Below are positions 56,857 through 64,000 of a stretch of DNA of 64,000 bases, in pieces. The notes below the pieces were generated by a model that was not told the DNA's origin, did not search any database, and was given only the letters and a program-made list of their open reading frames with translations. The first letter of the stretch is position 1; each line of letters opens with the position of its first letter. The stretch lies in contig CAZQXB010000001.1 in NCBI GenBank assembly GCA_964597575.1, positions 402,111 through 466,110 on the forward strand, given 5' to 3'. Source of the stretch: an uncultured Gammaproteobacteria bacterium. Its GTDB lineage: Bacteria > Patescibacteriota > Patescibacteriia > Magasanikbacterales > UBA922. The position numbers and the translations under genes are program-made.

Positions 56857-57551
56857 AAACCAAGAGGGTTGCCAACAATCATGAGTCGCATGGTGTCGGT
56901 GCCAGATGCTTTTGAGGTGTCTGAAATAAGAAGAGTGCCGTTTATGGTATGATTTTTATTGTTGAAAATAAGCTCCTTCGCTGTGTCGGTGTTTTCCGTA
57001 ACCGTAATTTCAAAATTCACTTTTGCGAGCTCAGTTTGGTAATAGCGAAAAATAAAGGATGGCTGAGCGTTCAGGTTTTCCCAGGTTATTTCCACGCGGT
57101 CGGTCAGGGTGCGTTCGGGAAGGATTTGGGGTAGTGATATGCGCTCCGCGTTATTTTTTGAAAGATTCTCGATCCAAATAAAAATGGTGTTGCCAGTAAT
57201 TTTTTTGTAACTATCAGTGCGTTTCGTAATAATGACGGTTTCAATAGCATCTTTGTCGTAGATAGGAATGGAGTTCGGAAAACTATTTGGAAGAAGGCCT
57301 GTTTTTATGGTATTTGGTGTGGCAACTGCGCGGAGAAAAAGAAAAAATCCAACAATGGCAAGTACGAAAAAAAGACACCCGGTCATACAGCCACGCTTGA
57401 GGCACGAAGGGCGTTTTTTGTTGAGGCGCTCCAATGGGGGGCTTTTGATTTCAATAGCGTCTCCGACACGTCTCATATACGAGAAAGTATAGCAGAAACC
57501 GATACTTCTGAATAGACATGCAGACAAAAAATGAGATACACTACCCACCAT
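56853..57551 (-). CDS. hypothetical membrane-anchored protein
   Basis: ORF with N-terminal TM segment, translationally coupled to murJ. Confidence 0.35.
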   Translation of the reverse strand: MVGSVSHFLSACLFRSIGFCYTFSYMRRVGDAIEIKSPPLERLNKKRPSCLKRGCMTGCLFFVLAIVGFFLFLRAVATPNTIKTGLLPNSFPNSIPIYDKDAIETVIITKRTDSYKKITGNTIFIWIENLSKNNAERISLPQILPERTLTDRVEITWENLNAQPSFIFRYYQTELAKVNFEITVTENTDTAKELIFNNKNHTINGTLLISDTSKASGTDTMRLMIVGNPLGL

Positions 57552-58918
57552 ATATTTATGACCGCTTTATGTTTTTGACTTTTTACGGTGCTGCGCACGA
57601 GGTGACAGGATCTTGTTTTCTTCTTGAAACAAACGGAGCGAGATTGCTGATTGATTTTGGTATGTTTCAGGGGTCAGATTTCAATGAAGGAAAAAATCAC
57701 GACAAACTTCCTTTTGATCCGAAAACGATTGATGCGGTCTTAGTTACCCATGCCCACCTCGATCACACTGGTCGTATTCCACGTTTGGTTCGAGAAGGGT
57801 TTACGGGAAAGATTTTTTTAACTGAGGCGACAGGGGAATTGGCGCGGCTAGTGTGGGAAGATGCGTACCACATCATGCTCTATAATAACCAAAAGTTTCA
57901 ATCTCCCATTCTCTATAATGAAGAAGATATTAAGCGAGCGGTTGATCAGTGTCAGGGCGTGCCGTATCGGAAAGAGGTGGAAATTGCGCGTATGGTCACA
58001 GCAGTGTTTAAAGATGCGGGCCACATTTTCGGTTCGAGTTTTATTGAAATTACGGCTGAAGGGAAAACGATTGCATTTTCTGGAGACCTTGGAAATAGCA
58101 ATGTGCCTATTCTTCAAGAAACTGATCAACTTGGGCGGGCCGATGTGCTTTTGGTTGAGTCAACCTATGGAGATCGTTTGCATGAAGGTCGAAAGGAGAG
58201 TCGGGAATTGCTTCTCTCCCTTATGAAAGAAGGGGTAGCGCGGGGCGGAACTATTATGGTGCCTGCATTTTCAATTGAGCGTATCCAAGAAATGCTCTAC
58301 GACTTGTACCACATGAGCGAGGCCGGGTTACTGCCACGTATTCCGATTTTTCTTGATAGCCCGCTCGCAATTAATGCCATGGCCGTGTATAAAAAATATC
58401 CCGAATATTACGATGTTGAAGCAAAAGAATTATTTCAAGCCGGAGAGGATTTTTTCCAGTTTCCAAACCTTACGCTTACGCTCAGTCGTGAAGAATCAAA
58501 AAGCATTAATAATGTGATGGGTCCGAAAATGATTATTGCCGGAGCCGGCATGATGACTGGGGGGCGCATACTCCACCATGCCTACCGGTACCTTTCTGAT
58601 CCAAAGTCGACTCTTATTATTACTGGGTATCAGGCAGAACACACGCTCGGCCGTCGTTTATATGAGGGAGCTGAGACCGTCCAAGTTTTTCGCGATACGA
58701 TTCCCGTGCGCTGTACCATTAAAGCAATTGGTGGGTTGTCCGCCCATGCAGATCAAGAAAAATTAGTCAGCTGGGTGCGGGGTGCTGAGGCATTGCCAAA
58801 AAAAATCTATTGTATTCACGGTGAGCCAACTTCTTCAACGGCTCTTGCGCATCGGTTCCGCGATGAACTTGCTGTGCCATCATTTATTCCCGAAGCAGGT
58901 GAGCGAGTGGAAATCTAA
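57518..58918 (+). CDS. MBL-fold beta-CASP ribonuclease (RNase J/CPSF-like)
   Basis: HAHLDHTG metallo-beta-lactamase motif, beta-CASP motifs, GGLSAHADQ; true start may be Met at 57569. Confidence 0.75.
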   Translation: MQTKNEIHYPPYIYDRFMFLTFYGAAHEVTGSCFLLETNGARLLIDFGMFQGSDFNEGKNHDKLPFDPKTIDAVLVTHAHLDHTGRIPRLVREGFTGKIFLTEATGELARLVWEDAYHIMLYNNQKFQSPILYNEEDIKRAVDQCQGVPYRKEVEIARMVTAVFKDAGHIFGSSFIEITAEGKTIAFSGDLGNSNVPILQETDQLGRADVLLVESTYGDRLHEGRKESRELLLSLMKEGVARGGTIMVPAFSIERIQEMLYDLYHMSEAGLLPRIPIFLDSPLAINAMAVYKKYPEYYDVEAKELFQAGEDFFQFPNLTLTLSREESKSINNVMGPKMIIAGAGMMTGGRILHHAYRYLSDPKSTLIITGYQAEHTLGRRLYEGAETVQVFRDTIPVRCTIKAIGGLSAHADQEKLVSWVRGAEALPKKIYCIHGEPTSSTALAHRFRDELAVPSFIPEAGERVEI

Positions 58919-58924
58919 GAGAAA

Positions 58925-59254
58925 AAGAAGGACCCCGGCGCTCGACTGATCTTGGGAGAAGACCAGGAGCGCACGGGGCCAGGGGGATTCTACGCTGAGG
59001 TGGGTGAGGCTTTTTCTATCGTCGTAGATACGACAGAAAGTTCTGCGAGAGCGTCTTTCGGGTTTCGCATCCTCCATGAAACCTACGCTCATGCCGTTTA
59101 CCTTATCCCAGTACTCGCCCTCAAAGTCGGCTGGATCTTTTTCGACCACTTGTCGTAGTCGGGGACTTTTTCCAACCATGGAGGTCGGGGGGGGACCTCT
59201 GACGAGTGGGGTGAGTGATTTCAGTATAGGTCGGAGGGTGAGAACGTGTCAAAT
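58925..59254 (-). other. high-GC promoter-driven transcript unit (TTGACA-18-TATACT at 59251-59223) of uncertain coding status
   Basis: Strong minus-strand promoter; GAGGTC-C7-GACCTC hairpin immediately before the first ATG; the 99-aa ORF lacks an RBS. Confidence 0.3.
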
Positions 59255-59402
59255 TCTTTTTTAAAAAGAAAAAGGTTCTCAACGCGATGTATGTGTGGAG
59301 AATCTGTGTTGCGAGGGGCTAAATAGTGTAGACCACATATTTATTTTTTTGACCCTTTTGTCAAGAGGTGGTAGTCTAGAAAGATCTAAAATAAGGCAAA
59401 AT

Positions 59403-61502
59403 ATGAGTGAATTTAAGCTCAAATCAGACTATAAACCAGCAGGAGACCAGCCAAAGGCGATTGCAGGGCTTGTTTCAGGCTTGAATAAAGGGTTTAAAAA
59501 GCAGACGTTGCTTGGAGTAACAGGGAGCGGAAAAACCTTTACGGTCGCGAATGCGATTGCCGAAACAGGTCGGCCGACTTTAGTGATTGCGCACAATAAA
59601 ACCTTAGCTGCGCAGCTTTGTAATGAGTTTCGTGAGTTTTTTCCAGAAAATGCGGTGGAGTATTTCGTGAGTTACTACGATTACTACCAGCCAGAGGCGT
59701 ACATGCCACATTCGGATACGTACATTGAAAAAGAGGCACAGATTAACGAAGAAATTGATCGTCTGCGTCACGCGTGTACACAAGCATTACTTTCTCGTCG
59801 AGATGTAATTATCGTAGCATCGGTTTCGGCGATTTACGGGTTAGGCTCACCTAAAGAATATGAAAAAATCGTTGTTCATTTGCGCCGGGGCGATGAGCTT
59901 GATCGACGAGGTTTGACTGAGCAGTTTGTGGCGCTTCAATTTGAACGAACTACTGCAGATTTACGACGTGGCACATTTCGTTTGCAAGGCCAGGTGTTTG
60001 AAATTATGCCGGTCAATGATGAAAAAATTTATCGGTTTGAAATTTCGAACCGCATTGACCGTATTGAATATGTTGACCCGGTTACGCGCAAGGTGATTCG
60101 CGAAGTCGAAGATGCATGGTTTTTTCCAGCGAAACATTATGTTGCTGGGCCAGAAGCTCGTGAACGTGCGTTTACTTCAATTCGCACAGAATTGGACAAC
60201 CAACTCGCAGAATTCCAGAAGAAAGGAAAAGTACTTGAATATGAACGGCTGAAACGTCGGGTAGCGTATGATTTAGAAATGATTAAAAACATTGGGTATT
60301 GCAACGGTATTGAAAATTATTCACGGCATTTTGATGGCCGTTTACCAGGAGAACCCCCTTTTACTCTTTTGGATTATTTTTTTGAGTGTTCTCCAGATTT
60401 TTTAACCGTAATTGATGAGTCGCATGTGACGGTGCCGCAAATTCGCGGCATGTATGCTGGCGACAAAGCGCGGAAAGATACTCTGATCGAGCATGGTTTT
60501 CGGTTGCCGAGTGCGCGTGATAATCGGCCGCTTCAGTATGCTGAATTTGAAAAACGCGTAGCGCAAACCATTTATGTATCAGCTACCCCGACTGAATTTG
60601 AAGTCAAAGAAAGTGAGCAGGTGGTGGAGCAAATCGTTCGCCCTACTGGGCTCATTGATCCGGAAGTGATTATTCGACCAGTAACAGGGACTGCCGGAAA
60701 TAAATCACAGGTAGAAGATGTCATTGAGCGCATTGCTGAGCGAGTAGGAAAAGGAGAACGAGCGCTTGTAACCACTCTTACGAAAAAGATGGCAGAGGAT
60801 CTTTCTGAGCATTTGCGCAGTAAAGGACTCAAAGTGCAGTATTTGCATAGTGATATCCAAACCCTTGAGCGCGTACAAATTCTTATGGCGCTCCGGACTG
60901 GGGAAATTGAAGTGATTGTCGGCGTCAACCTGCTTCGTGAAGGTCTTGATTTACCAGAGGTTTCCCTGGTGGCCATTCTTGATGCAGATAAAGAAGGATT
61001 CTTGCGGAGCGATACGAGTTTAATTCAAACCATTGGCCGGGCAGCGCGTAATGTAAATGGGTTAGTGGTTTTGTATGCCGACCACAGTACTGGTTCAATT
61101 GAGCGAGCGCTTGGGGAAACGAATCGTCGTCGTACTATTCAGTTAGCGTACAATAAAGAACACGGTATTACTCCGAAAACGATTCAGAAGCGCATTCGCA
61201 ATATTTTGGAGGAGTTTGGGATTTCAGCGGATGGGCTCGAAGCTAAGAAAGCGGGCCGGGGAAAGAAACAAGGGAGTCGAGGGTCGGTGACCGATCTCGA
61301 CCTACTTGGTGACGCTCGCCCACTCAAAGAAATTTTGAAAGAGAAAGAAACGCAAATGAAAGAGGCTGCTCAAAAACTTGAATTTGAACTTGCCGCTCTT
61401 CTCCGAGATGAAATTCGCGAGCTCCGTGCCAAAGAAAATGCAGGAGGTGCTTCAAAAGCAGGTCGTGCCCGAAAAACCAAACCATCACAACAACTTTTAT
61501 GA
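59403..61502 (+). CDS. uvrB: excinuclease ABC subunit B
   Basis: GVTGSGKTF Walker A, helicase motifs, C-terminal UVR domain ELAALLRDEIRELRA. Confidence 0.9.
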   Translation: MSEFKLKSDYKPAGDQPKAIAGLVSGLNKGFKKQTLLGVTGSGKTFTVANAIAETGRPTLVIAHNKTLAAQLCNEFREFFPENAVEYFVSYYDYYQPEAYMPHSDTYIEKEAQINEEIDRLRHACTQALLSRRDVIIVASVSAIYGLGSPKEYEKIVVHLRRGDELDRRGLTEQFVALQFERTTADLRRGTFRLQGQVFEIMPVNDEKIYRFEISNRIDRIEYVDPVTRKVIREVEDAWFFPAKHYVAGPEARERAFTSIRTELDNQLAEFQKKGKVLEYERLKRRVAYDLEMIKNIGYCNGIENYSRHFDGRLPGEPPFTLLDYFFECSPDFLTVIDESHVTVPQIRGMYAGDKARKDTLIEHGFRLPSARDNRPLQYAEFEKRVAQTIYVSATPTEFEVKESEQVVEQIVRPTGLIDPEVIIRPVTGTAGNKSQVEDVIERIAERVGKGERALVTTLTKKMAEDLSEHLRSKGLKVQYLHSDIQTLERVQILMALRTGEIEVIVGVNLLREGLDLPEVSLVAILDADKEGFLRSDTSLIQTIGRAARNVNGLVVLYADHSTGSIERALGETNRRRTIQLAYNKEHGITPKTIQKRIRNILEEFGISADGLEAKKAGRGKKQGSRGSVTDLDLLGDARPLKEILKEKETQMKEAAQKLEFELAALLRDEIRELRAKENAGGASKAGRARKTKPSQQLL

Positions 61503-62185
61503 CGTTTTGGGAGGCGTTCGCTCAAATTATTCGTCGTGTCGGGTCGGCGATAACCCTGAAACGGTGTGTTGTGGGCGGTTTTTTCCTTGTGTTTCTTTTC
61601 ATTTTTTGTTCGCAAGTAGTTATTCTTTCTTTGGCCAAAGAAATTCACTCGGTTACGTCAACTCCTTCCGCACCAGTCGCCCTCGTGTTTGGTGCTGGCC
61701 TTAAACCAAATGGAAAACCAAGTGATGCCTTGTATGATCGAATTGAGGTGGGCGCTGAACTCTATAAAGAAGGGAAGGTCGAAAAAATTATTATGACAGG
61801 CGATAACGGAAGTCGCCTGTATAATGAGGTTGTGCCGATGCAAGAAACTGCTGAGGCGCTTGGAGTTCCAAAAAAAGATATTATTCTCGACTACGCAGGT
61901 TTTCGCTCGTACGATAGTTGTTACCGAGCGCGGGATGTTTTTGGTGTAACGTCAACCATTGTCGTATCGCAAAAGTTTCATGTGCCCCGCATTTTATTTA
62001 TTTGTCGCGCACTTGGTATAAAAACTGAAGGCGTTGGTGCAGATAAACACATATATAATGAAGCAGGTGGGTATTGGCCAGTTCGGGAATTTCTTGCACG
62101 CGTAAAAGCATTTACAGAAGTAGTCATAACTCGCCCAAAGCCAAAGTTTTTAGGTGAAAGGGAAGTGGAGTGGCAAAATAATTAA
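61499..62185 (+). CDS. DUF218 (YdcF/SanA/ElyC-like) membrane-anchored protein
   Basis: N-terminal TM; IIMTGDNGSR...ETAEALGVPKKDIILDYAGFRSYDSCYRA typical of DUF218. Confidence 0.6.
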   Translation: MTFWEAFAQIIRRVGSAITLKRCVVGGFFLVFLFIFCSQVVILSLAKEIHSVTSTPSAPVALVFGAGLKPNGKPSDALYDRIEVGAELYKEGKVEKIIMTGDNGSRLYNEVVPMQETAEALGVPKKDIILDYAGFRSYDSCYRARDVFGVTSTIVVSQKFHVPRILFICRALGIKTEGVGADKHIYNEAGGYWPVREFLARVKAFTEVVITRPKPKFLGEREVEWQNN

Positions 62186-62244
62186 AGAAAACCCGGCCAC
62201 TCTGCCGGGTTTTCTTATATGAAACTCAAAGTCTGAAGTTGTCT

Positions 62245-63786
62245 TTACACATCACGGAATACCTCTATCTTTGCTCCAAGTGCATTCAGGCGGTTCGCTA
62301 AATCTTCGTAGCCTCGATTAATGTTATAGACATTTCGAAGAATCGATGTTCCCTCAGCTGCAAGCATCCCGATCATAATAATGACCGATGGTCGGAGTGC
62401 CGGAGGGCAGATCATTTCGGTGGCTTTCAGTTTGGTGGGGCCGGTCACATAAAAACGGTGCGGGTCAGCTAAAATAGTTTCTGCGCGCATTTTGTCGAGT
62501 TCTTTGTAGTAAATTGCGCGTTCCTCATATACCCAGTCATGGATAAATGTCTGACCCTTGGCTTGGGTGCCAATAATCGCAAAGAACGGCAAGTTGTCCA
62601 TGTTTATTCCAGGGTAGGGAAGCGCATGAATTTTATCGGTGAGTGCTGTTAGGTTCGATGGGTAAGTTTGAATGTCAACCAATTTTACTTTGCCGTTGTC
62701 ACCGAGATACCGTTTTAAAATTTTATACTTAAAGCCCATTTTCTTCAGTTTGAGTAATTCCATTTCTAAAAAGTCGATTGGGCAACGCTCGACCGTGATT
62801 GATGACTTCGTCACAATCGCAATAGTCAGAAGTGACATGGCTTCAATCGGGTCTTCTCCAAGGTAATATTCTACATTTTTTTCTACTTCACCCTGAAGCC
62901 CGTGCACGGTTAGGGTAGACGTACCCACGCCTTCAACTTTTACTCCAAGTTTTTCCAGGTAGAAACACACATCCTGCACCTGGTAGTTTGCTGACGCATA
63001 TTTAATAACGGTTTTTCCAGGAATAAGGGCGGCCGCCATGAGCACCGCTTCGGTAACAGTGTCTCCTGCTTCGTACAAAACAATTTCGCGATTTTTTTTC
63101 AAACCTTTGTGTGAAACGTGATAATATTTTGAGCTCGTTTCAATATCTACCCCAAGTTCTTCAAGCGCGTACACATAGGGCTGAATCGTACGAGAACCTA
63201 AGCGGCAGCCACTTGCCTGGGGGAGGTCAAATTTTTCTAAACGGTGAATGAGGGATCCGACCATCATGATGACACTCCGTGTTTTGGCAGCCGAGTCATA
63301 CGCAATATTTTTCATCGAAAATACTTTTGGTGGCGTAATGTGCAAATCAGGTCCTTGCCAGGTCGTTTTTACTCCAATCGATTCGAGAACCTCAACAATA
63401 CGATTCACTTCTTCAATTTTGGGGGTATTCTTAATAACCGTTGTCCCTTTGTTCATGAGGGAGGTACACAAAATACCCACCGCTCCATTTTTGGATGTTC
63501 GAACTTTAATCGCGCCTTTCAGAGTATGGCCACCTTGAATACGAAAGTTCACGGTACCTGGGCGAGAAAGCGAGACGATTTCTCGGTCAAGAGCCTGGCT
63601 AATAGTGGCTAGAGTTTTGGTCGAAAGATTTTGTTCCCCTTTTTCAATACGAGCAACCGCAGATTGGGTCGTACCAATTTTCTTTGCGAGTTCGGCTTGG
63701 GTCATGCGACGCTCCTCACGGAGTTGGGCGATCATCGATCCGATGGAAAAAAGAGCGTGTTTTGAGGAGGTGTCTGCTTTTGCCAT
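62245..63786 (-). CDS. murA: HTH_XRE DNA-binding domain fused to UDP-N-acetylglucosamine 1-carboxyvinyltransferase (MurA/EPT family)
   Basis: N-terminal RMTQAELAKKIGTTQSAVARIEKGEQNLS (XRE HTH) continuous in frame with FRIQGGHTLKGAIKVRTSKNGAVGIL MurA N-terminus. Confidence 0.7.
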   Translation of the reverse strand: MAKADTSSKHALFSIGSMIAQLREERRMTQAELAKKIGTTQSAVARIEKGEQNLSTKTLATISQALDREIVSLSRPGTVNFRIQGGHTLKGAIKVRTSKNGAVGILCTSLMNKGTTVIKNTPKIEEVNRIVEVLESIGVKTTWQGPDLHITPPKVFSMKNIAYDSAAKTRSVIMMVGSLIHRLEKFDLPQASGCRLGSRTIQPYVYALEELGVDIETSSKYYHVSHKGLKKNREIVLYEAGDTVTEAVLMAAALIPGKTVIKYASANYQVQDVCFYLEKLGVKVEGVGTSTLTVHGLQGEVEKNVEYYLGEDPIEAMSLLTIAIVTKSSITVERCPIDFLEMELLKLKKMGFKYKILKRYLGDNGKVKLVDIQTYPSNLTALTDKIHALPYPGINMDNLPFFAIIGTQAKGQTFIHDWVYEERAIYYKELDKMRAETILADPHRFYVTGPTKLKATEMICPPALRPSVIIMIGMLAAEGTSILRNVYNINRGYEDLANRLNALGAKIEVFRDV

Positions 63787-64000
63787 AAGAACAAAAAAGA
63801 ATGATAAAAAGAGTATAGCATATATGTTATATAGTTAAAAGTATCAGTGTGGGGATATCCCGATTTTTTGTTTTGCGTAGGGGGTCGAGCTCTCACGGTA
63901 CCCTCCTTGCTTTTTATCCTTTTGTGGCCTAAAATACGGTCATCTACTCTTACTATATTCTATTTATGCAGGAACGTATTCTTGAAGCCCTCAATTGGCG

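Noticed and set aside
58925-59254. RNase P RNA (GGAAAAAGTCCCCG resembles the GGAAAGUCCGGGC P4 region)
   Set aside because: Other universally conserved RNase P elements (the ACAGNRA and AGGAAAGUCC / P4 3' strand pairing) could not be located. The similarity is a single short motif.
8172-59380. Restriction sites suggestive of engineering (GAATTC right after an ATG at 8175; TCTAGA at 50786; TCTAGAAAGATCT at 59367)
   Set aside because: Six-base AT-rich palindromes are expected by chance at this frequency. No consistent prefix/suffix scars flank the high-GC modules.
1-64000. CRISPR arrays, rRNA genes, transposase/integrase genes
   Set aside because: No regularly spaced direct repeats with unique spacers, no rRNA-like conserved stretches, and no DDE/tyrosine/serine recombinase motifs were recognised on manual inspection of either strand.

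Overview
This 64-kb bacterial chromosome segment is compositionally mosaic. The gene content (standalone C39-like peptidases, a giant surface protein, domain fusions) suggests Patescibacteria/CPR, but that is a weak inference. It divides into three parts.

(1) Positions 1-17,000: an accessory region anchored on tRNA-Trp(CCA) at 117-189. Very AT-rich gene cassettes are separated by at least 7 same-orientation copies of a conserved repeat of about 55-180 bp. Each copy contains a strong intrinsic-terminator hairpin. Each ends in a 20-24 nt motif (ccgcgtgtggaatcgaac) that resembles the 3' half of a tRNA on the minus strand. The cassettes encode a GT4 glycosyltransferase, a C39-like peptidase, a nucleoside kinase, an M23-NUDIX fusion, a membrane hydrolase, a high-GC Zn-ribbon/sigma70-region-4/DnaA-domain-IV fusion protein, secreted proteins and a SAM methyltransferase. 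They are followed by a copper-resistance island (multicopper oxidase, CsoR with a C4/G5 operator palindrome, CopA P-type ATPase, a membrane-cupredoxin fusion, CopZ, a DUF305 protein).

(2) Positions 17,500-21,500: a 1315-aa secreted giant protein with Pro-rich linkers.

(3) Positions 22,000-64,000: housekeeping genes. These are a DEAD-box helicase, msrA, dedA, tsaC/sua5, an ABC-F ATPase, pgm, an EamA transporter, a glycoside hydrolase, tRNA-Val(TAC), uppP, the CCA-adding enzyme, yidC, a CIRCE-regulated hrcA-grpE-hsp20-dnaK-dnaJ operon, rnhA, recJ, lepA, murJ, a beta-CASP RNase, uvrB, and an HTH(XRE)-MurA fusion.

At least nine compact high-GC (about 58-62%) single-gene modules are scattered through all three parts. 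Each has its own near-consensus sigma70 promoter and terminator. They include a receiver (REC) domain protein, secreted proteins, small hydrophobic peptides and Zn-ribbon proteins.

I recognised no rRNA, CRISPR array, transposase or integrase.
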